Below, piece by piece: positions 1-12,969 of a stretch of DNA of 64,000 nt; the stretch's first letter is position 1, and every line of letters begins with the position of its first letter. The stretch comes from Yuukianura sp. NJ FZ-2021. Lineage: Eukaryota. The notes beneath the pieces were generated by a model. That model ran no database searches and had not been told where the DNA came from. It saw only the letters and a program-made list of their open reading frames with translations. Both the position numbers and the translations under genes were made by a program. The stretch lies in NCBI GenBank assembly GCA_046563655.1, contig CM102290.1:2480001-2544000 (forward strand), written 5' to 3'.

Positions 1-2311
1 TAGAGTTTTTTTTTGAAAAAAATACTTGTATTGCCGATATGCACTAACTAATTACGCTTCATCGTTAACTAACCAGTCTTTTTTAGCTAAATATTTATTC
101 ACCCGTGGACTGTGAAATTTAAAAATTCAAAAATTCAACGCCGTTTGAAAACTTTCTTGTTGTATTTTTTTTTAATTATAGATTTTAATTTTTTCGTTCA
201 GTTTTATGAATTTTGAAAAAAAATTTAAACAAAGTTTACCACGAACGGAACATTTTTTTGTAAAATTGAAATAATTTGGAGGAAGAAATGCCGAAAGGAG
301 AGTTTTCTTATACAATTTATGCGTTTCTAATAATTTGTGCGTGGAGCCGTTAGCATGCTAAACGTTTTAAGTTAGTCTGCGTCTGTTTGAAGATTGTTGG
401 TTAGCTAATGTAAATGAAGGAAGAGTGCTACCGAGTTACCCCTTTGTTTCAGTTGATTATTTGGAATTTCTACTTGGAGGTTAGGAGGAGCAGGGGAAAA
501 GACAAACAGAACAATGGGATTAAGGTGAATGTTTTAAGTGATGCTGGAGGGATGATGAGATGAGGTAAGACGAGTAGCCGTGTTGGAATTGACTTATTCT
601 GGATAGACCCATGCACCTTCTATGTAAAATAATAGTAATTAAGTCCTTCCCTCCAAAACGTTTACTTTGTCCTTAATCCAACTAAATTGTGTCCAGAAGG
701 CATCTTCCCTTAAAACTTGTTCTCACAAGATCCGTTAAGAGAACAAAACAAGCAGATCACTTTCCATGCCAAATTCACTTATCAACCAAGAACAAGTCGA
801 CAAGACTTCAAAACCCAGAGGGTTTCGTGAGCAAAACGGCTTTCGTCATCGTCATATCTAAATTCTTACTTTCTTTTGAAAAAAAAAAATACAAGTCTGT
901 TTGTCAATGCACATTTTCTGACTTTCACCCGCTTTCACTCTATTTTATAGCGTAGTACTTGTTGTTTCAGTTATTCTCTTTTTTTTTTAATTTGAAAAGC
1001 TTCACGAGTGGAACCGGCGTACCCTGTTCAAAATGAAGTTAAGCGTTGATTCCAGGAGCTCGAAAATTTTGAGGTCTGGAAATTCTGTAGTAATTTTCAC
1101 CTCTAGGATGGAGTCATGGGTTGACCGAGCCGTTGCGTGTTAAGATTTGAAGACGATGCAAATTTGAGGGTGCAGACGATGTTTATCCATTTCATTTTCT
1201 CAAATTTAACCACTGTGTTGCTCTCTTTTTTTCTCGGTTTGTGGTGTTTTGGTGTTTATGCGCAGAATGGGCTTTACAAACCAGGGAACCGCATTATTCC
1301 TCAACCATAACCACCCTCCTCTACTCTTCTGTTTTGAAGGAAGTAAAGCACAAAATGGCCGAGCTCTTTTGTTTTAATTAATAAAATATCTCATCATCAC
1401 TTTTAAATAAAACGCCCCCTCTCAAGAACCCTGGGAAAAACTATTTGAATGAACTTGACACCCCTCGTGAGTACCCTTTGCAAACCAGGAGTGGGGGAGG
1501 ACGGGAACACGCCAAAGCGAAAAGTTGCATGAAACTATACTATGTCGTTTTCCCTTAACTTAAAAATTTTCCCGTGTTTACGCCTCAAACACTACTACAA
1601 TAGAAAATAATAATTTTTCTATTTGATATGAACGAGTAAGCAGTAGGAGTTGCCAAGTGAGTGGCTCAGATGGGAGTTCTATTTAAGTCCAAAAGTGTGT
1701 CCCTTAATGTGTCCTTAAGAGCCCTTTGGAAAAGAGGGGTGCCTCCCTTTGTTACATTCTGATTAACGAGCTAGGGCACGCCCGCACCTTCCTTCTCCTG
1801 CTTAAAACGATTCAACCTCTCCCAAATCCACTTTCCAATTAATCCTGTTGCCTTTTCATTTTCAGAAACTTAAAAAAATGCTTTTTCTAAAAAAACAAAC
1901 TTTTCTTCACTTTTTTTAAAAAACCATTTTTTTTAAAACTAAGCAGGTAACAGATGTGTCTTTGTTCAGTTTTAGGAGGAAAGTGAGAATGAGTCGTATT
2001 AATTAAAGGGCTCCTCTCAATAGGCTAGATGAAGGTGCAGTTACACAACAATGGACCCAATTACAGGTGCCTCTGAGAGGAGCCCTTGAATTATTACTTT
2101 GCATTTCCTAAACGGAGCAATTTGTCCAAAACGCTGGGCTCCCAAATACTTGGAACGTTCAAAAACCTATTAAGATTCCCACACACTTTGAAAATCACCT
2201 GCTTCAAGTACTAAAAGGCTCAAGGGTCCCTTGAGGAATATTGGTTTTGCGGAGCCTTGTTGACTTGACTTTTCTCCGTTAAGGGTCAAGTTTTTATTTA
2301 TTTGTCTTGAG

Positions 2312-2634
2312 CAAGGTTCGTAAACAAGAAAATACTTTTTCTTTAACAGGTTAGGCAATAAGTCACTTTTCTATTTTTTTTTCCCTAAAAAATTCCAAAA
2401 ATAAAAAGACAGTCGGCAACAGACGGCAACTGTCGCTTCCTTGGCAATTTTTGGAAACCGATTTTTTTATTCATTTTGAACGTTCAATTTGGTGCAAACT
2501 TTTTCTTGCACAAAAAGAGCAATAAACAACTTTGGGTGAAACATAGATGAAAGAAAAGTTTCGAGAGAGATTTTTTGAGAGTGGGACTTATTGTCTAACC
2601 TGTTAAAATCCACATTGTTGCTATAGGAACCTTG
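2312..2634. mobile_element. MITE, CAAGGTT-terminus family, copy 1 (P- or hAT-like non-autonomous element)
   Basis: CAAGGTT...AACCTTG ends. Perfect 8-bp TSD GTCTTGAG (2304-2311, 2635-2642). Inner inverted repeat 2343-2364 / 2585-2606 (21/22). Confidence 0.85.
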
Positions 2635-5600
2635 GTCTTGAGCCTTTTAGGAATCGAAGACGTGGAAGTACTATTGGGTGCAAACTAATTTTGGATAATG
2701 GTCAAACGAATTTGGAATGAAACAGCAGCAGCAGATGTTGTTCTTAAGCAGAAGCCAAAAGGCTTAGCTTGTGTTTAAGTTTTTTGAATAAAGTGCGACT
2801 TAAGTGACGTTAAGAAAAAACTTTATTTGAAACTGAGCTGGCAGCCAATGGCGAAAGGTTCATAAATTAAAAAGTGAGGTTTACGTGTGCTCGAAATTGT
2901 TTTAAAATTGGAAAAAAGTGTTTCCAAACGTATCTTTTTTTTTTCTTAATGCCTTCATACCTGTACCTTCTGAAAACAACAACAAACGGGTGGAGGTGAC
3001 AAAATTCACACTCAAAAAATGGCACTATTAAGCCAAAGATTCATTGCTTCTGTCAAAAATTTTAAATAGAATATGTAATAACTTTTTTATTCTGCATCCA
3101 CGCCTGAAATGCATTAAAATAGCGTAAACAGAAACAAAAATTTGACACTGATGAGGCTAAAGGTCAAGTTTTTTTTAACACTGAATGCTTGGACTCCGAC
3201 TTGGACATGTTCAGACTCCAAGAGCCTTCACTTGTAACTTGTAACTGAGGGGTCACTTTTTGGTTTTAAATTTATCTTTTGGCGGTTTTTTGAGTTGTCC
3301 AACCTTTGATGGCGTTGTTGTGGACTTGGAAAGTGTCCTCCACGCCCACTCGTAAGTTAAGTGGTTCTCTTTGGATGTTGCCGAGATTTGAGAAGTTGTT
3401 GCCTAAGTTGAAATGGAGATGAAGTAGATCTATTAATAGGAGGGATCTAATGACCTTTTAGGCAGATGATGACCCCATAGTCAGAAAGTTACAACTCCCG
3501 AAGTGTCTTTCTAAGTCGGATTGACATCAAGTGACATTGGAAAGACTTCTTCAATGTCCCACCATCACCGCCAGTGTAGGTTGGAAAGTGATCCTGATCC
3601 TGTCCTATTATATTTCAAGATAACGTAAGAACTTTTGTTCTTGCCACCCGAAGAAGATTCAAGTAGAGCCTAAAAATCCACTTGTCATTGGATCTACAGC
3701 AACGGAATCAGGCTGGTTTTGGACATGGAACTGATTCGGATCCTAAATGAGGCAAAGTAATCCTTAATTGAATAAATTAGAACTCCTGCTGGATATGTAT
3801 TCATTCATTCACGTAGGCCTAAGTTCAACGTCTCTGTTCCTTCTCGAATCAGATCTGGAAACAATGTAAAGTGCCAGAGATTAGAACAAACTTTCAATTA
3901 AACAACTCAACAATGAAAAGATAGCAGAAGAGGTCGGCCAGAAGTCAAATGTTAGGAGCTAAGATTTACCCAGGAAATTTTTTCAACTCTTGCGATAGTT
4001 TTCATTTCAAAATTTTCCGGTGATATGGTTTCCCAATTAATGTTTTTTTTTTGGAACTCAATCGCAGAGGAAATTAAAATGCCGCTCCGTTATGTCTAAA
4101 ACTTCGAAGAATTTGGTAACTATGCAACTTTTAATTTGCAATTTCTTAAAAACTTGGAGCTTTTTGTATACGGTTGAGTATAACTGCAACTTAAGCTTCA
4201 GTTTTAAAAAAAGAGTCGGAATCATTTTTTTACTCGCTTTGGATACGTATTGGAAGGTGTACATGCAAATGATTCAGTTTGGATGAAACTGGATTGCGTA
4301 GCTTGTACTACGGATTGTTCAAGCTTTTCATATTAATCCTTCGTTGTTTCGATTAAAATAAATATGGATTAGGAGATCTGAGATGCTGGATTATTGCGTG
4401 AGTCATCATCGTGTGATCAGTCCAGAAGTGACCAAAGGTAGAGACACATCTTCTTCTGAGTTTGTCGCAATTGGAGTCAATCCCTGGACAGAAGTTGTTA
4501 GCCAACTGCTACGCCACTTATTAAAAAGACACACTTTGGAAAGAGCACATTTAGCATAGTCATTAGTCATTAGAACTACGCTACACTTTGGAAATTAAGA
4601 ACGGATTAACATAGTCAAGCTTATGCAGTCGTCATAGGCCGTGACACACTCCGACCTTAGGAAAACATGACGACACATTTGGCACCAAAAAACTTGCAAC
4701 GCAGGTCTCAAAATTTTCTAAAAATGGTGGGTTCCTGGATATTCTGTTTCAGAAATTGCAGTCTTTTGTAAATTGTATGAAATTGGAAAAAATGTTTTCA
4801 CTTTCTACGCTACAGTGTATGATTAGTGGCGATGGATGTGGTTTAGTATAGAAGGAGAGTGAGAAAAGCATGTGTGGAGTTGAAGGATTGCTTGTCACAT
4901 GGACATGATGCGTACACGAAGAGGGCCCTTAAGGACACCCTACCCTCACTTTTTGGGTGCAGAAGATAACCACAATTGTTTCCAAGTAGAAATCATAGTC
5001 AAAACATTGCTAACCTCAGGGAAACAAGTGCCTCCGTCACACGCACGGTCGACCACAAGAGTCAAATGAATTAATGGGAATTTGGAGCAACAGAAACAGA
5101 CGGTTGACGGAATGACGGAACATCCAAACGGCACCAAAAAAAAGTTTAGTCAAAACGTCAATTTCCAAAAGTGAGGCTTTTGAAGAAGTGTCCTTTTCCT
5201 GTCACAATTACATACTAGAAGTGAAAAATTTGGTGCTTGCATGGGCACTTTCTTTCCTGTGAAATTTTGAACAAAAATGCTATCTTTATGCCTAATGATA
5301 GAGTTCACTTTTTCTGAACCTTGTTGAGAAAAGTAAACAATGAGGACAAATAGGATAATTGGCCAATTTCAGCGATTTTGAAAAGATACGCGTCCAAAAC
5401 AAATGGAAAACAAAATTCTGAGCGAGAGCGGGGAAAGTGAAAGCATTCTCACTTCCAATCTAGCGATAGACGCTTGCCATTACTTTCACTTCAAAGTTGC
5501 TGTATAAGTGAAATTTTCTGTAAGTTTTCTAAACGTTAATTAATTTTTTTTTTGAAAAAGCAGTTTTTGACGTTCAAAAAACTTGCGATACAAAATTTGA

Positions 5601-6219
5601 TACCCGTTGGGTATTCCCGGGTAATGATAAACGAGAAACACGCTGCCAAGCACCTGCTAAGTCTTCGTACTTGTTCTAAAAAGTGTAAATTTTTGGACAG
5701 TGAAACTTCAATTGTTCCTGGAGTGCCTTAAATCGTCAAGAGGTCAAAGGGCAACTGTAGTTCGGATGTTGCTGACTGCCTGTAATATTATGCTAATGCA
5801 TGAGTCGGTTAGATGCGAGGAAGGTGGTGTTAGATAGGAGGCCTTTCCGGTCCTTTGTGCCTAACGAGATGAATTATTCGGTTGAGAACAATGGGATTCA
5901 TTTCAGGTGGAGTTGATGGACATGTCGCTAAAAAAAGTATTTTCTTGGGACGGCAGGGCGGAATAGTAATTAGTTGTTGAATTGTTGGTTTGGACTGTGT
6001 ATGGTTTCATAACATCAACTAAAGTGTCATCAAAGAGTCATTGCTTGCAAGGAGGTAGGTAGACCATGGAGAGCACTTAGGATCCGATCCACTGGAACTC
6101 AGGAAACCACTCCTCCTTTTATTAGGAAATCATATTTAGCATTTATTAGTACTTTTTAAAGCAGTAAGCAGTCGTGGATTGACTGCCATGACACAGGAAG
6201 GACAATGCCTCACCTAAAC

Positions 6220-6513
6220 CAAGGTTGTTTAAATTTAAATTTTGTGTTTTTTCTTAACAGGTTATACCATGACTCCTCTTTTCAAATTTTCAAATTTTTT
6301 GCAGCGCACATCTGACGCGGTTCCGTTGCGTTAGCAATTCGAAATCAAAACTATAACTCAGCAGCGTAAAAATTAAAAAATTTCAAAAGATTATTATGAA
6401 AATCAACAAAATTTGTACAAAAGTTGATTTTTTGTGTTTTTTTTTAAATCGAAATTATGATATAACCTGTTAGTGTTAAGGCATTTGTATAAATGGGCGC
6501 TATAGCAACCTTG
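6220..6513. mobile_element. MITE, CAAGGTT-terminus family, copy 2 (degenerate)
   Basis: CAAGGTTG...CAACCTTG ends. Inner IR 6255-6270 / 6457-6472 (15/16). Flanks ACCTAAAC/GCCATAAC match only 5/8. Right end gctatagcaaccttgg resembles copy 1 gctataggaaccttgg. Confidence 0.7.
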
Positions 6514-9500
6514 GCCATAACCTATTGTCTTCTTACATAGCTCCATGGGAGCCTAATTAAAGATCACCTCAAGTGACCTGGGGAGGTCAAGGGGTCACGC
6601 TTTACCTTAAATTTTGAAAGAGATCATACAGTCATGGAGCCTCATTACCACCCATTCTCACTCAATTCATTCACACCATCTGAAATGCTGCGTAACCGCC
6701 AGGAACCCTTCATTTCAGTTAACTGACAACCTCCTTTGTTCAATTGTTGGCTTCCAAGAGACTCCAAATACAGGGAGTTTATTACTGTTGACATTTGACC
6801 AGAGCTGGGTTTAATAAGCAACTCATTCCAAGCGCCCAACGATTATTTTCCATTCGAAATAATTTTATTTAGTGGTTTTTAGTTAATTTTTGCTTAATGC
6901 TTAAAGATATTACAAGGTTCAGTTTATTTTAAACTTAAGAGAAAGTTTTAACGTTCCCAGTTTTTTTTTTGCATTTCATAAAAAAAATTAAATCAGGTTG
7001 ACTTATATAGCTTAGCAATAAGTTGTGAATTGTTTGCTGCTGCTAGTCTTAAAAAAAAGGAAATTTGAGAAATTGAAAATCCGTTCATCACGAACCAACA
7101 TTCCTTTGCTTCTGTGCAGACAATGCGTTGCAAATATTGAACTTATAGGTCAACGACACTCCATTTCTTGCACTATTTTCAAATTGGCCACAGTAATAAC
7201 CCTACACGCTAGACTTACGTAACGCTCAACTAACAATTTTTCGTTCAGTTTTATTGTCGAACAGTACTTTTAACTTATAATAATGAAACTGCAGGTTTGT
7301 CGCTTCATTTTTTGTAGACTTCCAACGACCTGACGGGAAGTTTGTCGGTTGAGGTCATTATGCATTCGTAGGCGGGTGAGTTTGACGATGGCAGTTTAAG
7401 CGGAAGCTTTATGAAAATATTGGTCCTCATCGGAACTTAGGCTGAGTCTCACATACAGATGAGGACGTCGTAATCGGCTGGAACAAATGCAGGAGGATAA
7501 AAGCTGTCAGTTGTCATTTGGTTTGATGACAGTCATCCGTTTCTTGGGATCGAATCTTCTACACTGAACATATCTCATAGCTCAATGTACCTCGGACGGG
7601 CTCCATCTTGTAATTTGGATAATAGCTTCATTGTTCCTCTCCACCAGAGATCACCCAATCTCAACCACATCTTCAACCTCCCTCATCTCACTAGCATAAT
7701 AAATCCACTTTTCAATACTTTCACAACCGAAAACACGTATGCTGAACACGGTTTCTAGTCAAAGGGAGTAAAGCTAGGGGGGAGCTACTCCAGAAGCAAA
7801 CATGGTGACAGGTTCCTCACTGGGTTACCAAGACCTCTACGTGTCAACTTTCAAAAATCCAGCATCTTCATCAAAACTTAATCCGAAATCTCAAACGATA
7901 TCTGCCAAAACGAACCCCTAAGCTTGCACTTTCACCAGAACCAATTGAACCATAAAAAAAGTTTGGGAAATTTTTGCTTTAAAAAAATTACTTTCACCGA
8001 CTTTCCCCAAACCCAGCTACTGATGCAATTGCGCAAATTTTATAAAGTGTTGAGATGTTTTCAAGTTATTTTGGGTTAAAAATTAAGACTGATTTGAATT
8101 ACGTGTCGAAGTAGTGATTTATGACGAACATGATATTAAAATCGAATGTAATAAAACAGGAAAAGATGACTGGAAGGCAGAGCACGATTGGCACATTAGT
8201 CAATTGTGTTAGTCGTTGGTTTGATTTTGATTCTGCAGAGGAGCCCATCAATTCTTAAGCCCATCTCACACCATCTTCCCTTGACAGGCTCATCATCCAT
8301 AGACAACTGAGCACAATTAATTTAATGGTTCCCATAGACATGTTCCTACGCTTTCCTCAAAGGCACCCTGCTCCTTGGATCAGTCAAACAATGACTTCCA
8401 TTCTAATTGAATCTCACCACAAAGAAACTCAGATTAATTCACACTTAGAATTTATAAGGAGAAGAGTCACAACTTTACATTTGAGCCGCTCATCACTCAA
8501 CCCGCCACAATTCAAAATTCAACTTCGCTCTTCAACTCTTCAACCACTACGACCAGATGCTTCTTCAATTTATTCGTTCTTTTTGATGCCTAACATAACA
8601 ATAGGCCAAAGTACTTGTGTACAAAGTGACCATTCCGTTAGAAAGAATTGACCAGAAGCGAATGTTGTGATGGACATGCGCAGAGCGTTATGATGCTAAC
8701 GCTCCAGGAGGTGACATGACAAATGACCTCCTGGAATGAACGCAGCTCTTCAGCCGCTCAGCATTCTTAGGAGGGGTACACTTGATCTTTGCCACATTGA
8801 TGAGCGACTAATGGCCAGGCGATGTAAAAATATTAACAGTTCGAAATTATTTTTGTAAAAAAAAAAGTGGCTTTTTATTTTATTTTTAATTTTTTGAAAA
8901 ATATTGAATTTGTTTTTAGCTGAAGAGCACAGCAAAGGTGAAAGTACGGAGGGTGGAATGGAGGAGCAGGACAATGCTTTCACCTTCTGCAACACTGCTA
9001 AAGCCGACGCTACACGACAAGCATTGTTCTACTTTATACGAAATCTGTAAAAGGTGTTGCATGTGCTTAAGTTAATTACACTTTAATTCAAAATTTAAGT
9101 TGAGTTTAATAATAGTGAGTTTAAAGAAAACTACCCCGTGGGGGAGGGGGGTTGATATTTAGAGTAAAAGTGCAAATGTTTTAGCTTTTCCTATTTCTGG
9201 TTCTCGGTGTTTTTTGTGTGTCTGATTTGGGAATATCTTTGGAGCTGCTCTTAAGTGTTTGTCACCTCTAATTGGAATTGAGGTAAGGTGAGCTGGTGTT
9301 AATGCGTGGGGGTGCCTGTGGTCTTTGATTCCAGACGGAGAAGGTGTGTCCTCGAGCGGGGGATGAACTTTGAGCTGGGCTGTTGGCCGTTAAGCTCCTC
9401 TTCCTCCCACAGCCAGAACCAATGGGAGGGAAATTCAAAGTGGATTTGGACGACATGGGCGCATTTTCACCTGGTCTTGATTGGGAGGCCCACGTTAGAG

Positions 9501-9821
9501 CAGCCAGGCCCATCCAAAACTTACCTCCAAATGACCCAGTCGCTCAAATCATTTCTTACACACACAACGCTTCTAGCTGCCACGCAAGTAGCAACAAACA
9601 TTCTCAGCTCTGGACAAAAATTTAAGGTGTCAAAGGTCAACTTAAACCAAAAAAAAGCTAGGGAAAGGGCCATAGTAGAAGCCACACGAGCATAACATAA
9701 CTTAACTAAAGTGAAAACAGTCTCGTGAGTCCAGAGTTCTTGCTTCCATGTTGACTTCGGAGTGACCGGAAGTGAAAGCAAGTGAAAGTGCTGCCTTAGT
9801 ATAGTGCATTGTGACTCATTC

Positions 9822-9972
9822 ATGCTCATGGTGGTGGAACACTCTGGCAGCCAGCCGAGTCGGCTTCTTTCGACATCAACACCAGATTCAGCAGCAGACT
9901 TTACTACAAAGAAACAACGCGTTTGGCCAATGGACTTTCCTTCGCAACTTCCCGCCATTCCCACTTCGGCAG
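9822..9972 (+). CDS. eyg: eyegone-like Pax gene, probable first coding exon (MLMVVEHSG...IPTSA)
   Basis: ATG at 9822, open to GCA G|GTAAAC donor at 9973. The phase-1 end joins in frame to the 12172 exon. No homology support for this N-terminal part, so it is inferred from splice phase only. Confidence 0.6.
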
Positions 9973-12171
9973 GTAAACATCTTTCACCACTTGAAAAAAA
10001 AATTTCGGAAATGCTGCTAGACTATAGTTTTGGTTTCAAGAATTTGTGTGAAATTCAACATAGATGAAGAAATTATACAAAAAAATAATTAGGATTATAA
10101 CATTTCCTTGTCCAAATTCTACCCTCTTGCAAAACCTGAACAGTTTTATGCAAAATCCATCAAAATATTTTTTATCTTAACTAAACAAGAAAAATTCTAA
10201 AACCAACAAACATCAGTTCATCTTTTTTAAAAACTTTCTAAAGGAAGAGACTCGTAAGCCCGGAAGCCAACTGGAACTGTCGCAACCGGGAGGAGGTGTT
10301 TCTCTCTTAATTAAATTTTAATGCCACCCACTTCCTCTTACACAATTGAGCAATTAATGCATTAAATATAAAGGCATCCAAGGCTAGAACTTAAAGTAGA
10401 AAAAAATTTAGATTATGGAAATATACGGAATTGATCGCTTTCAATTAAGATTTCCAAGGTCTATGAGTCTCATTTTACTCCGCTGAAACAGTTGAGCAAC
10501 ACTTGTCAGTTTAAAACGTTTTCCAAAACTAATTTTTATGAAAACAATCAAAAAATCCAAATGTACAAATATAACTACTCAATCAATTTCAGAACTATTT
10601 TCATTTAGAAAAACAACTGAACTGTACTACCTGCTTTATGTTTACTCTAGCAGAATATTTATTGACTTTTTTCAAACAATTCAGCGATACGTTTTGTTAA
10701 TTTCGCAAATGAAATATTTACTCCCTTTGACCAAATATTCGGAAACACTGTGTACAATATTTGTGCATTAACTTTCTAATTAAGTCTGTTCAATTTTCAT
10801 TAAAAGTACAAACATAGACAGACTAACTTTTAAAACTGAAAATCGATTCCATTGGTACAGTTTAACAAAAAATTGAATTTTGAGTATTAACAACAGTCAT
10901 TCCCCTTTATTACCCAGGTCCAATACATTCGCGATTTTTTGCTCGCATTAATTTACCTTTGGCTCTCAGTTGTATTTTTTAATTTAATTTGAAAACAGTT
11001 ATGAATTATTTATAATTTCAAGTACACAGCCAATATCCTCTGAGTGAGTCCATTGTTCTCAGCTACCTTGTATATTTTTTACATAGACCTAAAATCTGTC
11101 ACCCACTCTGTTAACAATAACATGCGGAGAAAAAAAATATGAAAACAGATTCAGAAACTTTGTACAATTCAGTTTTTTTTTATTTCAAATCTGCTTAAGC
11201 ACCTTGCGCAATTTCGACTGATGCTGAACAATAAAATGAACATGTCTGTGCCAAATTTCGAAATAGAAGGTAAACAGACTAAATTTTTCGAAGCTTCGTA
11301 AGTTCCCATTTTGCAAAGCCTTGATTAAAGTTTTAAATTAATTTGTAGGAGCGGAAGTATGTTAGGACATGACAGTTTAAAAGTTACAAGCTGCAGAAAG
11401 AATACTAATTTGTATTACGACCTTTGTTTTATCAAATTCAAGTCTAACTAAATTGTAGTTATGTTGATGGCCTTTGATTAGTAATTAAATGTAATTACAT
11501 TCTTCAGTTTAAATTTCAAATTCATCCGTACTATTTTTTATATAAGATTGAGTTCAAACTTTGAATAATTATTGATGACTAGCGGAATGAAATGTACAAC
11601 ACTTTTTGAGTGGAATTGAAAGGTTGAGTAATCACAATTTAACAGTTTGGAAATTTATGTCAGGAACATATGCAAGGAGGACATGAATAGTTTGAACACA
11701 CTTTAAATGTAAAAGGTATTTGCAGTTTGGAACTTAAACAGTGAACAGGAATTTAAAATGCTTCATGGTAGAGGAAGTACTATAATAACTTTTAGTACTT
11801 GTAGCTATTTAGTTTCGAACAATTAAATTTAAAAATCTACAACTTAATTTAGTAACTTAGACTTAACAAAGATATGGACGCCAGAGCTTGCTATTACATA
11901 GCAATAATATCAATTTTTTGTTCAAATTTAAGAAAAAAAATGCCAAGGGGTGCGAAAAATCAAAGAATGGCGAAAACCAAGTTCGGTTTTTATCTTAAAC
12001 CAGTTTTGTAATCTCAGTAGATGTCAACAATTGTAAAATTTAGAGTTTCCACTTGATCTCTTCGCGGGGGAAGACAAGTTACAGAATCGCTGCAACAGTC
12101 AATGCACAACTGTAACTTTTCTGTTTTTTTTTTCAAAGCTGCTTTTTATAAATTTGTGTTTTCTTGTTTAG

Positions 12172-12381
12172 GGCCGATGACTCCGCATCAATTACGTGAG
12201 TTGTATTCTAGCAGTGGTGGTGGATCGAGTGGACTCCCGTTTGGGTCATCCGGAGGTCACATTGGGCCGAATCCAAGACTACTTGACCTGTCACCAGTAG
12301 CACCTCTACGCTACGGCCTTCGCCCGTTCGATTTTGCACAGCAAATGCTACAGCAACAGGGAGCAGTTTCGAAACTGCTAG
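12172..12381 (+). CDS. eyg: eyegone-like exon 2 (GPMTPHQLREL...QQQGAVSKLL)
   Basis: Acceptor ttcttgtttag (AG 12170-12171), donor G|GTAAGA at 12382. Ends in GAVSKLLG, the remnant of paired-domain PAI helix 3 typical of Eyg/Toe. Confidence 0.88.
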
Positions 12382-12700
12382 GTAAGATGTACTCTCCGGC
12401 TTTTTCTTTGAGATACTTGTTGACCGCTGAGGTCATTTGAAGTGTTGTCCAGCAGCAGTTGAGAGGTTAGGTTATGTTAGTCTAACGTTTGGAAGACACT
12501 TTTTAAAGGCATCGGTGTGTCTCCTCCCTTGACAGTTGGACAACCCCTGGACTTGAGTGCATTTGACAATTTTACATATTTACACAATTTGACTTTCATG
12601 TCGATCCGAGGCCAGATACACTTTTATTACCTAGCTCTTCCTTTTCAATTGAGACTAGGGTAGGCGGGGAGGACTTGGAAGAAGGGAAGACCCTTGGTGG

Positions 12701-12969
12701 CAAGGTTTGTTCACTTTGATTTTCTTTAACAGGTTGAGTAATACCTCTTGTTTTTATAATTTTTAAAAAAAAAGTGTCCTTTCATTTCCGGGTATCCTAG
12801 TCCTAACAATACAGCCGAATTTTTTAAATTTTACATACAAACTGGTACCCATTTTTTGGATTGGTATCAAAATTGGTTCCAATTTTTCTTTTTCTCATTT
12901 ATTTGTCAACAAGCGAGGTAGTACTCAACCTGTCAAAGAAAAGTAACTTTTCGTTGTCAAGGAACCTTG
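12701..12969. mobile_element. MITE, CAAGGTT-terminus family, copy 3 (in eyg intron 2)
   Basis: Perfect 8-bp TSD CTTGGTGG (12693-12700, 12970-12977). Inner IR 12720-12747 / 12915-12942 (26/28). Confidence 0.85.

Noticed and set aside
9268..9964. Overlapping 80-150 aa ORFs upstream of the eyg ATG
   Set aside because: No motifs; more likely 5' UTR, intron or promoter sequence.
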